Shown here one piece after another: positions 14,221 to 27,214 of a DNA stretch of 64,000 bases; the stretch's first letter is position 1; every line of letters starts with the position of its first letter. Under the pieces are notes generated by a model. That model worked only from the letters and a program-made list of their open reading frames with translations. It did no database searches and was not told the DNA's origin. The stretch comes from Lama guanicoe (taxonomy: Eukaryota): contig MU053645.1 of assembly GCA_013239625.1 (NCBI GenBank), positions 1-64,000 on the forward strand. Reading direction: 5' to 3'. The position numbers were made by a program, and so were the translations under genes.

Positions 14221-16599
14221 GACTTCACTTTTATTGTAATAAAGACGTTTCCTTTCTCTTTATCTTTCAGAAATTTGAATGCCTTTAAATTTTCACAGGC
14301 TACATCAGACAAGAAGCTCCCAGGTAGCAGCTTGAAATTTCAGTGGGGGCTCTGGGATAAAAGTGACAAAAAATTTTCCATGGGTCTTGGTGTTCATGAG
14401 GGTCATGTTAAGAAAAATATTCTTATTTAGAGAGAACACTATGCCTAGGATTGCTTTTTCTTTTGGTATATGTTAATGAATCACCTAGGTAGGGATAATT
14501 AGAATATAGCTTCCAAATTAGTACTTTTATAAGTCACACCCATTTATTGGATAATGGAAGACTATATTTTGTTTAATGATTTTGTGTTTGGTCTAAGAGA
14601 AATGGTGGAAAATAAATCATTATTTTTATTAAAACCATGGGAATTAAAAACTTCTCATTTGGACATTTTATTTCATGATGATCCTTAGAAAACTTTTAAT
14701 TTATTGAGCATGAATTTGGAAAGATTAATATTTGTTATTTATGTTAATTTTATTGTGGACAGGAAAGAGTTACCTCAGCAAGCCCGAGTTTTCTAAACCT
14801 TGAACATTCCAAAGAACAGCCTGTCTTCTGGACTGGCTCATGGCTTGCTTCCAGGGATAACTTCTGAGCCCTTGGGATATCCGACCTGATAAATTTGCTT
14901 TTATATGTCTGAGTCCTTGGGCCACTCTGTACATATTTGACCAGTTGAGTTTACTCTAACGATGAAATTTTTTGTGAATGCCTGTTTTTGCTCTGGAAGA
15001 TGGACCAGAAGCTGAGTAGTTGTAGTCAAATAGGCACTGAATGCCTGTGTCACTGACCTCCAGTAAAAGCTTTCAAGGCTCAAGTGAGCTTCCCTGCTTG
15101 GCACACATCGTTTCTGGTAGAATTAGGTGTGTCCACATGTGACTCTTCTGGGAAGGGACTCTTGGAAGCTTGCATCTAGTTACTTCAATTTTTCCCATGT
15201 GCCTTTCCCTTTGCTGATTTTCATCTGTTTTCTTTCATTGTATTAAACCATAACCATGGGTACAAGGGCTTTTCTGAATTACTTGAATCCTTCAAGCAAA
15301 TCATGAAGCTTAGGGGTGGTCTTGGTGATGCCCAGCAGAGTTGGCATCAGAAATGGGATTCACTACAATGACCCCGACTCACTGAAATGTGGTAATCACA
15401 TTGTTTGGGAAAAGGAAGGATGAGATGGTGATGGATGACAAATCTTAGATGCTTGAAGGGTGACTGAGTCACCCATTGTATGAGAAAGTAGCTGTGCTTC
15501 AGTCAGCCCCTGAATACATGAGGAAATACAAAATAATGAGGAAAAAAATCTAAATATACAACCCTTTAGTTATTTTTATCTCTAATAGGTGAAAAGAAAG
15601 TAATGGAGAGTGTTGAATCCTTAGAGCTGCTACCAAAGGGAAAAATTGTGCTGAAACAACAGATTGTTGTCTGACCTCTGGTCACAAAGAAGATATGGCA
15701 GGTAGCAGGGAGACACAAACACAAGAAACTACTGAAACTGGGGTTATAGTGTTAAAGAGTTTTCTCCATTTTGTGGATCAATATCACCAGTTTCCAGAAA
15801 ATGGATTGTGATAGTTACTAACCTAAGAACAGTCTACTTGGTGTTGAATGCTGGTAAATGGAGGAGTATCTTTGGATTGATGTAGGACCCATTCTTTACA
15901 ATTGAACGATGGCACTACATGATCCAAACACAGCAGTTTCTTCCTGAGAGGAAAACTAGCTTTGTGGACTGGATAAAAGCCACTGTAAAGTTTGTTTGCC
16001 CCAAGAAGAGGAATGCTTTTCGCTCTCCTTTAAAAACCAAGTGTAACCCTCAAGATGAAACAGTTGATATGCCGCATATGCAATCCATGCTGGATTGACT
16101 GTACAATGGTCAGAACGTTCATCCACTTAATATCCTCTTACCCAGGTCATGGTAAATGCTTTAATTTAGGGAGATGAGACTCTTTTGTATTGTTACCTCA
16201 TGTAACCTTGTTGCAAAATCAAGCAATGATCCAAGAAGCTCTATCAGATATGTTACTTCAACTTTCCCCTATGGGTCTCACAGATGCTAAGGAAACAAGA
16301 GTGTTTCACAAGAGAATAGAGATAGAAAAAGGGATAGACAAGGGACTCACACCGGCAAAGTGGAAATCTTTAAATTGTTGTTAAGGAATGAGATGAATAG
16401 AGTAGCACTGATGAAGCTGACACTGTTAATGGGAGGATATGAGGATACACTGGTTGATGGGATTAAGGTCAATATTTGAATCTTCTTTTTCTGCATGCAT
16501 TATTGAGAAAGATATCTGCCTACTGGAGAACACTTTATATGTCTAGTATGGGAAAACAGAAGGAATAGAAGTTCACCATTTGGCCAGTATTAACTGGAC

Positions 16600-19300
16600 A
16601 TGCTAAATGAGAATCTACAGAATTTCCTAAACCCACGCAGATTGTTAATTTGAAACAGTGTAGAATATTTGGTGGAGAAAAATAGACTACCATTTTAATT
16701 AACTACATGTTAGAATCTGGAATGCTATGACCAACACTTTCTCTGTAAATAGCCCTGTGCAGCCATTGAACAGGCAGATGGCACATGGACAGTAATATTA
16801 GAGTATCAAAGCTTGAATTTCATTTAGAATTAGCAGTCCAAAAAAGTGAAAAAAAAAACAAGTTAAAAAGGTGACTACTCAATGATTGATTTTGAAAATT
16901 TTTTTTTAAATTTTGGTACTAATCACGGAAACAAGTCAATTTGCAATTTTTCTTCATGTAAAAAGGATCTCAATTTATAATTTACTGTATTGCCACAGGA
17001 TTATTTGAATTCACCAGCTTACTGTCATAATTTGATTAGGAGGGATTTGGTCTTGATGCAGGTATTGAGTGTGATAACATATTGCATTGAGGATGTCATG
17101 GTAATATCAGAAATTGAAGAGCAAGATACAACTTACTTAAATGCAGTAGTGACAGACATGATTGACAAAGGTGAGTTGATAAATCCAGCAAAAATCCAAC
17201 AGCCTTTCCAAATGATGAAATTCATAGGAATAACATCGTAGGAGCCACTGAGACATCCCATAGGTAACTAACAATGAAATGCTCTCATTGCTTTCCTCTG
17301 GAAATAAGCAAGAAACATAGCACCTTGTGGGGTTTTTTGAATTTTGGAAGATGCATATTCCACCTTTGGAAAAACTGCTAGCTCCAATCCATAAAGCCAT
17401 CTGTAAGAAGGTCACATTTGAATGGGGAGCTGATAAACACCAGACTATGTCTGAAATGCAAAAAGCTCAAACCATGACTTTGCATCCTTATGATACACAC
17501 TCAGACATGAATTTGGAAATGTCTGCAACTTGCACTTAAGCAGACTTAAGCTCATGGCAAAGCCCATTAGCGCTGCCTGGCAGCGACCACTGAAATTTTA
17601 GACCAGGAAGTTTTCAGACCTGGCAGTACACTGTACACTGTTTGCGAGATAGTTATTCATTTGCTATTGGGCACTTATTGAAATTGCCATTATGACTGGA
17701 GGACATAAAATAATGTTGAAACCACTACTCATAACCTCTAATAAGGAAGGTTACTGGGAGAATACAAGGATACAGTCATTGTACTCATGACTAGGGAGCT
17801 TCTTTTCCCTTCGGCCAACTTTGGAATCACCTGAGGAACTGCCACATCTTATTACCACATGGGTAGTTCTCTATGCATAGCTCTCAATTGATCAACAAAT
17901 GGCTGCCTCGGTTTATGGATGTCAATGAAAGGGTAGATGGGAAGCACCTTTTTTGGAAGCCTGCTGCTGTGTAATGTACTGATAGAAAAACTCTGAAGAA
18001 GATAAGAATGAATTAGCTCAATATGCTGAACTCCATGCTCTTTTCTTTTCAATGATAGAAGAACTGAACAGCAATAAAATTTTAACAATCTAAGTTTATT
18101 CTGACACAGCATGGGGCAGATGGAATAGAGACGTGGCTAATGGCCTGACCATAGGGTCAGGCAGATGAGGGATGAAAAATTGGACTGTAAAGCACTCCTG
18201 CATGTGTCAGAGCCCCATAGTAATCATTATGGGAATTTAAGAGGCACATTGAAGAAATTCCTTCCAAACTCAGAAGGTGATTGGAATCAGCAAGTGGACA
18301 TCCTGATGCACATGCTTGAAGTGACTACCTGGGTCCATAAAAATGAATGGACATGAGGTAGCTGCAGCAATGCAGAGATGGCTGATCATTAATATATCCC
18401 ACGTGCACATTCTGAGGCACAAAATGCCAGTGAGAACTATCCTGTCTTCTAGGGAGACAGACAAAAACTACAAATGAATATGGGGTAGACTCCCTGGGGG
18501 GAAAGGCCCCGCGTATTGCTGGCATCTAAACTACATCACACTCCTACCAGTAGCCTTAGAACACTGTAAATAGGTCCTGACAGAGATAGATATTTACTGC
18601 AGACTAGGCTTTGCTTATCCCGTGGTAGATGCAAATGCTCAGAACTCTACAAAAAATTGGAATAGGAGATATTGTACCAGTTTAGACTGTCAAGTTGTAT
18701 TTCCTCAACCAAGGATCATATTTTATAATCCATAGGGTTCAACAGTGGTCAAAGATATCATATCAAGCAGACATACCATATTGCATATGATTCTTAGAGT
18801 AGCGCTTTGATAGAAAATTGGAACAGTCAAAATGAGTGGAGATAAAGAAGTGAAAGTTTAGTTTACACACCTTCATGAATGTGAGCTCACATTTAATGTT
18901 AGAAGGGACAAGAGATGATCCCCATTTGGTAAATTCTTGTTTTTCTGGGGGAACTAGGGGAAAAGATGATAAAGGAGGATGCTGGAACAACTATACAATG
19001 TTTCCTTAACTGCAACTTTTGCTTTTCCTGCCTGATTCAGTGATCCTGGGACCAGGACTGCAGGTGTCAGATGCAGAGATGATCCTTAAGCAAGAAACCG
19101 TAACTATACCTTTAAACCTTTATGCCAGTATTCCTAACTGTCTGATGGATGGACTGTACCTTCCTCCTGGCAAAATTGGAGTTGACAGTGAATGCAGCTG
19201 TATAGCCTAATGGTCAAGAAAGTCCACTAGCTCTGTACTTATGTAATCCTGCCCTATATGGATGAAAATGTACTGAGTTTCTACTTACACAGAAACTGTT
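16600..19300 (+). pseudogene. pol: ERV-L pol remnant (RT, RNase H, integrase, dUTPase), multiply disrupted
   Basis: LPQDYLNSPAYCHNLIRRDL and a degenerate YxDD (YCIEDV) at 16990-17241, GFFEFWKMHIP at 17327, and dUTPase-like TVTIPLNL after integrase, the order found in ERV-L. Confidence 0.85.
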
Positions 19301-19570
19301 GAAAACTGTCGAGAATAGGCATTGGCTAGACTGGTATTTGTGCTGATGATCCAGATCAACACAATGGCTAAACCTGACAATCCTTCCAAAGATGGAAAAG
19401 TTTGGGTAAAAATCAAAAAATGGAGAGAAGGAGCTATAGTCGTTGAGGTTATGGAATGGGCTATGGAATAATGGAAATCAATGATATTGTCTCTTCACAC
19501 AAGTATACCTTAATGCTCAAAAAGGTGAAGCCACATATTTTCATATTTTCTAAGACCATCCTTGCTTTTT

Positions 19571-19753
19571 TTTTTTTCAGACTTGGTATTCCTCAGTCGG
19601 ATTTGATTCTATTGTATTTTTTTAAACATTTTTTTGTGGGGAGGTAATTAGGTTTATTTATTTATTTATTTATTTTTAATGGTGGTACTGGGGATTGAAC
19701 CTAGGACCTTGTGCATTCTAAGTACACATTCTACCACTGAGCTATATGCCCTT
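19571..19753 (-). mobile_element. Camelid vic-1-like SINE with an extra 3' tail
   Basis: tRNA-like head at ~19683-19753. TSD ATCCTTGCTTTTT at 19558-19570 and 19754-19766. Confidence 0.9.
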
Positions 19754-21409
19754 ATCCTTGCTTTTTGAATTTGACAAGGTCAAACGGAAAACTGGAAACC
19801 TGAGTGGCATTGGTCCTGGAGACATTTTGGTCATACAATATGATAAAGATAGTCCTATAGTTAATGACTGAGTGGAACCCTAGTAATGTGCCAGTATCTT
19901 TTGACTCTTATTTTTCAGCTTTTATCTACTACAAAGGGTATTATTTTGGAAGGAATCTCCAGGAACTACTCCCTACTGGGGTATTGGTTCATGGAGTATA
20001 CAGCCCCTGGCAGACTAATTGCTGTGTAACCATGGCACTTTAACTTGCCATGATCCCATTCCAAACCATAAACTTTGATGATAACTAATTAGAAAGGTCC
20101 CTGGTTATAATGGATGAAAGGCCGCAGTAGCATTCCCGGCATGCCACAGTGTATTATGCACTGAAATAAATTACTCTTGTTTTTGTGATTGGAAAGCCAT
20201 TGAACAGAATAGAAAACAGTTTCTAATGGGAATTAAGCAGTGGACAAATCACAGATAAGTTCTAATTCTCCTAGGGAATGACCTCAACTTGAGCAATTGC
20301 CTTAGGTAAAAAAGTCATATGACAGTACTGATACGAATGATCTGATGTACTGAGTGAAAGCTTTCTCAGGATACGACACTGATAGAAAACAACTGGCCTA
20401 GGAAAAGCTGAATTTAGCTAACCATCAGCTATATTACTATGTTAAATAGTTCTTCACAAATTTATCACAAGGCACAAATAATAGTAGATTAAGAGGGGAC
20501 ATATGTAATCAAACTTGTATAAAAATATGAAAATGTTAACTTTATAGAATGGATTAATCATTTCATTAAATATATCCTTTCCCTACACTGGCTTCTCCAA
20601 CTGTTAGGCATATTTATGCTGATATTATTGTTGTATCTGTCATATAAATACTATACTGAATGTAGATGCACACAAAATATGATAATTTTTCTGTAAGAGG
20701 GCTTACAGAAGGATCCGGGCTGCTGATTGGGCAGGAAAGGATGAACTAAACTGGCCTGGATTCCTCAAACACTGCATATTCTAAAGAAAAGACTGTCTTC
20801 AGAGCCAGCCTTTGACTAACTCCTGGGAAATAATCTATGTACACTGGAATATTCTACCTAATAAGTTTGTTTTTGCATGCAGGTAAGTTTATCATTTATG
20901 CTGAAGGCCCGTTTTAGCTCAGGAATGGTAGGAGGGGCCTATATGACTGACTGCCTCCGTATCTCTGGCCACAAAGGCGCAGATGAAATTCCTTGGTTGG
21001 CAACTTCACATGAGTTGTCACACATTGTTGCGGGGGGAATTTAAGCATATCCTTGTGCAAATCCACTGGTAGGGGACATCTGGAAGCTTGAGACTGGTTT
21101 CTCCTGGACTTCATCCAATGTACATTTTCCCTTGCATATTTTGATCTATTTGACCTGAAATTTCATTGTTATAAACTGTAAATGTGAAAAAAAAACCCTG
21201 TAAATGTGGGCATAACAGCCTTTTAAAAATTTCTGTTTGAGTCCTTAGAGAAAATGATTAAGCATGAGGGTGAAACAGCTTGTGTATTGAAACATGGACC
21301 ATGTGGTAGAAAATTTAAGTGAAGACAAATAAACCAAGTTTAGTATGTTCCTTAATGTGATTTTGTTCATTAACCAATGAACCAGTTGGAGTGGTATAGG
21401 TTGGAGTGG

Positions 21410-22563
21410 CATAGGTTAGAGTGGCTGACCTCCCAACTATGAATCTGACCCTGAGAGTGATTGTATATATCCTCGTTTTCATACAATGCCACACTAATGC
21501 AAGAAATATGTAACATGTTGGTTTTGTGGCAACTGACCATGCTATCAGTTTCCGATAGATTGATCATATAGAATTACAGGCAGAAAAGGGGGGAAATCGG
21601 CATCATTTACAGGCCTATACAAAGTCTATCATCATAGGGTGTTTGTATGTGTCTGTGTCTGTGGGTTGAGGTATATGCTGGGGGTTGATGGTGCTAGACC
21701 CCTCCTATTTTGTGGGAGACAATTGCAGCTCATGTGAAGAGGATCCTGAGGGGGCTGAGTCCCCAGCCAGTTTTCCCTTCCTTGATTCTGTCAATGAAGA
21801 TGGTAGCACTGTGTGCTAGGTGGGCCAATTTGATATCTAATTTAATAAAACAAAGGCCTCTGTATTTTTCTAAGCAAGCATCCTTGTTTAAGAACGCTTT
21901 TTTTCTAGTACTTTAAAGATGTGTCATAGGTCATGATAATAGCTACATAGAGTAATAATCTTTTCACAATTTAAGAAGCACACGTAAAACGGGAAGTTAT
22001 AAAACAGGAGTTGGCAAATTTTTCATTGAAATGACAGATATTAGATACCCTATACTTTGGGGGCCATACAAGTCTCTATCCCAATTACTCAGCTCTGCCA
22101 TTGTAACAGCAAATCAGCCATAGACATCAAGATAAAAAATGAGGGCAACTATGTTCCAATAAAATTGATTTTAAAAAAAGGCAGCAGGCCAGATAGTTTG
22201 GGACCGCTGGTATAAAGGATTAGATTTTAAATGTTTGGAAAAATCTAGTGTTATCTCTCTGGGCTCCAATTCATCATCATCTTGCTTACAGCCACTCACA
22301 TAGTTGAGTATCATTTTGGAAACCAGTTCTCTAAAGCAATATTTATCTGGTTTTTTTTTCACCAGCAATTTCCATCTCAATGTGACTGCCCTTTACCTGT
22401 AGCATAAAGCACAGGTCCCTGAACAAAGACAGTTTCATGTCAGCTTAAGTGCCTGCGAGAGCAGATGGCAGGTAAGGGAAATCTGAATCTCTCAGTCAAC
22501 ACGCATTAGAGTGTGTACAGGTGCTGTGGCCAGGACTCTGATAACGCTGTTTTTCCTTTACCA
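21410..22563 (+). repeat. Inverted repeat, near-identical left core (module copy B)
   Basis: Reverse complement of 36235-37502. Mirrored ORFs 22171-22380 and 36532-36741 are identical, and 21710-21916 and 36996-37202 differ by one residue. Confidence 0.98.
22005..22212 (+). mobile_element. hAT-Charlie MER58A-like DNA transposon (mirror copy at ~36700-36907)
   Basis: caggagttggcaaa...actcagctctgccattgta...cagccatagac...gttccaataaaa. Confidence 0.85.
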
Positions 22564-23262
22564 CCTGTCTCCCATTTGGATCGGATATTTGAGAACGCTA
22601 CAGGGAGACAGGAAATTGAGGAGAGAGAGAAACAGGTTGCATTTCCTTTCTGCACCCTTATTCCTACCAGTGTTATCCCAACAAAGGCCCTTCAGCCAGC
22701 AGGGCCATGTGGTTTCAGTAGGGCCAGGAAGGACAGGTTTGCATATTTCTTCTAGTTGCAGGGATTTTGAACCTCACACCCTCTCAGAAAATTCAGCAGC
22801 ATCAGCTGCTCTTTCCCCTTTGCATCTAAGTTCTTTCCCCTTTACTCAAGAAGCCTCCTCTGTGATCATAAGGCTCAGCACCAGCCAAGCAACTCTCCCT
22901 CCTCAGAGATGAGTTCACAGGCTTGTAGGGTGACCTCTCAGAGCCCCTTTCAGAACCACCATTAACTGAGCATCCCCCTTTCCTCACAAGTTTGAGTCCC
23001 AACAAATAGGGACCCATCTTCCTCCTTTTTGGATTCTCAGACACCTTATATTCTCTTAGTTTGCCCTGCTCCAGGACTGGGAATTCCTTCCTATTCCTGC
23101 TATCTCTGTATAACATTAGTCCTCCTGTTTGTCTGTTTAGACATCACCAGCCTGTATAAGCAAGTCCCTCTATTAAATTCACATTCTTAGCAGCGTGTGG
23201 TTTCTAAACAGAAACCCGACCTCAACCTGCTTGATATACGTGTTTCTGACTGGATCCTGCCT
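22520..23262 (+). mobile_element. Ancient ERVL solo LTR (LTR41/LTR78/LTR33-like)
   Basis: 5' ccaggactctg and 3' ccctctattaaatt...gtgtggtttct...ctgactggatcctg. Related copies lie at 30410, 36010 and 48620. Confidence 0.65.
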
Positions 23263-24559
23263 TTGCTTTTTATGACTACTTCTTGGATCTGCTGATTGAG
23301 TGTCTCCTATAATTTGGGGGAAAATTCTCTGTTATTTTTCTCTTCAAATATTGCTTCTTTCCTAATCTGCCTCCCTGTCCTTCGAGGAATCCAGTAACAT
23401 ATCTCTTTGAAATCACATTTTATCTCCTAAATCTTTTACATAGTTTTTTGCATTTTCTCTCTTTTTCATTTGTACTTTTAAATCTTAACTAGCATATATT
23501 TCATTATTTCTTCCTTTGTTATGTCTAATCTGTTATACAGTAGATTCTTGATTTCAGCAATTTTCAGGAGGGGGACTGAGCTTCCAGATTTTTCCGTTTG
23601 ATTTGTTAAAATCTCTGCAGTTCTTTCAGATAAATTTTCATGAGGAATATACATTTGGATTCTAGTGAAATATCTCTACAAATGCTTTTCCAAAGCTTTC
23701 CCTTGATTTTTAATTTATCTGCTATTATTATACTCCACTTGTATTGGTTTGCATTCATTTAGGCTTAATATTTCTTCTTATATCTCCTTATGTTTTTAGA
23801 AAGTTATGTTAAGGTGCAAAACTGCACACACTTCTTATGAAATAGTGTAATGTACTGGAATAGTAAATTTGAAAGTCATCAATCTCTATGAGCTATGATC
23901 CTCTTTCCTCTTGCTTTCACATCAAATCCCCTTCATCAGTTTTGGAAATAGCATTCATAATGTTTTATTTTTGTTTGTATGTTTTCACTAAGGGTTCGTG
24001 TGGCTTTTTGTTCCAAGAGGAAACTATGTAGAATGATTTTCCAAACATATGAGAGTTTTATATGAATTATACAATATTGGCTATATTTTTATACCTAATA
24101 TTTTCTATGTTAATATTTTAAAAATTCCCCTATTTAAATGGTTGCACAACTTTCTAATTTCTCCTTATACAACAAGTGACTTTGTCAATTCTATATAATA
24201 ACACCTTGCTCTTTTTATCAGTTTTTTATGACAAAAGAAAATGCAATAAATAATCCTTTGAACATGGGCACTATTTACCTGTTAGTGCAGCCCAGGGCTG
24301 AAGAACTGCTGAAGTACGCAAGTAGTAATCTTTCCTGAGAGTTAGCAAATTTGGAATTCTCGTCTCCAAAAAAGAAGTTACTATCAGCTTTGTAACCCAA
24401 ACCCAATAAATAATTTAATTACAATAGTAATGAAATTCTCACCTTGATATCACAAGGCATGAAGGGCAAAATGGCAACTTTAAAATGATACTGGCTTGCA
24501 AAACCAAAAGCAGAATATGAATTTTTCTGAGGGAATGGATAAGCAAAGAAGGCAAAATT

Positions 24560-24860
24560 CAAGGTGGAATTAAAAAACAAAATGGAAGGACATGCTGTCA
24601 ATGAAAAAGGTGGAGTAGAGAGCTCCAAAATCTCATACTTCCAAAAAAGCAGCAAGTCAATTGGAAAAAAAGTAAAAATTTACTTTATGAGAATTCTGGA
24701 AACAGAAAAAAAGTTTTCAGAAACCAGGTAAATGTTTAATAAAGAAAAAACAATAGAATCTCAGTAAGAGAGCTCTGTGGCACTTTAACTTGCCATGATC
24801 CCATTCCAAACTTCCCGAGGAAGCCCAGACATTTGACTTAATAGACAAAATCTTAAATAA
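24560..24860 (+). mobile_element. Old LINE-1 5' region fragments
   Basis: Similar to the L1 5' region at 60700-60830 (gtaagagag...gtg.cact/attttaactt). Confidence 0.55.
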
Positions 24861-25713
24861 CAAAGACACTAGCCAATGCTCAGCATTCCACTCAGTGAGC
24901 CTCCAGTAACCTCATGCTCATTACCAAGTCTTTGACATTCTTTCTAAGCATGCTCATATTAAGAAACATGACATTATTTAGGTCCCCTTACCCCACATAA
25001 ACCTCCAAAACAAACACTTAAGAAAGGGGTTATCAGACTCTAACTTCCAAACTAATATATTGATAAGGCATGAATGTTTCTTATATGACTGCAGGCTTCA
25101 TTTCTTGTATAGAAATTTAATCATCAACGAAAGAGCAAATGTGCAAAATTCAGTGTCATAAAATATATTAGAAAATGTAAAGTACTTATTTGGGAATATT
25201 ATTGCTTGATCATCCTCAACATACTGTGAAGTTAATGTGTGGAGGATTCCTTGTAGTAATATTTGCCCTTTATGTTGATTTAATTGTGAATTCTCACCTT
25301 GCAGCCTTATTTTATTTAAGGATAAATTGAAGTACTGGATACTTGTGTATGCCCAAGGTCCTCTGAGAAATTGGGGGTAGATAAAAACTTGTTGGGTGAT
25401 GTTCTGTATCCTAAAATGATCACATTGTTCTAAAGGTGTATACGAATCTAGCAATAGAGGGTATATTGGGACAGAGACAAAGAATAAGATGACAGGGCAG
25501 TTTAATGGTTTTACTGAAGAGATTTCCATATCAATTGTTTAAGAATATATTCTCTTTTGGTAGAAAAACATAACTCAAATTATTATTTCTGAGGTTTGTG
25601 GAATGTGCCCCATCAAAGTGATTCACATCAAGATGCAGATGTGAAAATATGCTATGGTATTGTTTTAAAAGGCTATTCATAGAGTTTATTTTAAAAAAAA
25701 GTATGGATGAAGA

Positions 25714-26170
25714 ATTTGTCTTTCTCTGTCTGACTTCACTAAACATAACACCCTCCAGATTTTTCCATGTTGTTGCAATGGCAAAATTAAAATTCTTTTA
25801 TATGGCTGAGTGATATTTCATTGGAGATATATACCACAGCTTCTTTATCAAATACTCTATGTTTTCACTTACATGTGGAATCTAAAAAATAAAGCAAATA
25901 AATGAATATAACAAAACAGAAACAGACTCACAGATAAAGAGAACAAACGAGTGATTACATTTGGGGAGAGGGGTGGGGGAGGGCAAGATGAGGGAAGGGG
26001 ACTAAGAAGTACAAACTATGAGGTGTAAAATAAATAAGCTATAGGGAATATAATCAATTTTTTATAATAACTTTCAGTGGAGTACAACCTATAAAAATAT
26101 CGAATTGCTATGTTGTGCACCTGAAACTAATATTGTAAATCAACTATACTTCAATAAAAAATAATAAAAA
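25714..26170 (+). mobile_element. 5'-inverted, truncated LINE-1 3' end
   Basis: 25714-25850 is antisense and 25851-26170 is sense with a poly-A. The two pieces are adjacent in L1 order. Confidence 0.8.
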
Positions 26171-26488
26171 TACATGTATGGGTAGAATAAAAAAGCCTGG
26201 GGGGATAGACACTCATGTTTACACTGAAACTCTCAACCAATTCTTAGAATTTTCAGTGAGCGTTCCTACGATGAGGGGGAACAAAGAGATGTAAACAATA
26301 TATACCCTTGTGTTAAACAAAACACTGTTTTGAGAGGGAGACACTTAGACATACAGGCTAGCCTTGTTGTTGGGTGATGGTGGAATATTCCACGGGCTGG
26401 AGAGTCTTGCCTGTGAAACTTGTCTCTAGTTGCCCTAGTGTCCTTGGGTGTGTTTCCCTTTTAGTCTCGCTGTGCAGATTATCAGCTC

Positions 26489-26507
26489 TGGTCAGCAGGT
26501 GGCACTT
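26489..26507 (+). promoter_or_regulatory. CTCF-binding motif candidate
   Basis: TGGTCAGCAGGTGGCACTT compared with the core consensus TGGCCACCAGGGGGCGCTA. Confidence 0.6.
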
Positions 26508-26982
26508 ACCTATATTCCTGTGACTCCTCAGAACACAGAGGTATTACATTTATTTTTTTTGAAAAAGATGCTTATAACACAACATGGGGCAAAATACGAA
26601 CATGCATGCAAAAAACCATGCCTGCAATGGAATAACAATGTTGCTTACACAAAGTGAGGTAGAACGCTACGTAGTGATGTGGAATGATAAGTTGCATGAA
26701 AAATGAAAAATGCCACTGAAATAGGGGATACTGACTCTCGCGTTTCCTCTCATTAACTGAGGAGAACGGATCCTCTGAACATTCATGTAGGGTGCGCACC
26801 AACATGAGGGATATAGTAGACCTAATCTCACCATTTTGCAATGCAGTTGGCATTTTGCATTCTGATCCATTACTGTGTTGTGTTTTTTGGAAACAAACGG
26901 TGAGAGAGAGTTGATGTTTTGAAAGTCAGCTTACGAGACTATATGAAGCAGATTGATGGCCACCTTCCTGAATTCTATAAGA

Positions 26983-27185
26983 ACAATTGTTCTCAAACTT
27001 TTTGTTCTGAAGACCCCCAAAAGATTTGTTTAGGTGGCTTATGCCTGCCAGTATTTGAAAATTAGAAAATAATGCTAAACATTTAAAATGTATTTATTTA
27101 TTCATTAAAAATAACAATGTTAAACATTTCATGCTTAAATTAAAAGCATATGCTTTTTGAAAAATAACTATATTTTTGAAAACTA
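26983..27185 (+). mobile_element. hAT Charlie1-like fragment
   Basis: gttctcaaactttttg...gacccc...gaaaaataactatatttt. Confidence 0.65.
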
Positions 27186-27214
27186 AAAGGTTTTATTTTT
27201 TATCAGCCTTTTAA

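Larger units (their letters stand above)
14754..21272 (+). mobile_element. Decayed full-length ERV-L-class provirus (MER77/MER68/MER21-group LTRs)
   Basis: 5' LTR ~14754-15339 and 3' LTR ~20727-21272 are mutually similar. An ERVL-type PBS region (ttggcatcagaaatgggat) follows the 5' LTR, then gag/pol debris. Confidence 0.9.

Noticed and set aside
22171..22380. Identical 69-aa ORF in both inverted arms as a duplicated gene
   Set aside because: It has a non-ATG start, runs into a MER58-like element and has no recognisable domain. The identity simply reflects the DNA repeat.
25098..25529. 143-aa ORF, the longest outside obvious L1
   Set aside because: It has an AT-rich, non-protein-like composition, no recognisable homology and no counterpart in the paralogous units.
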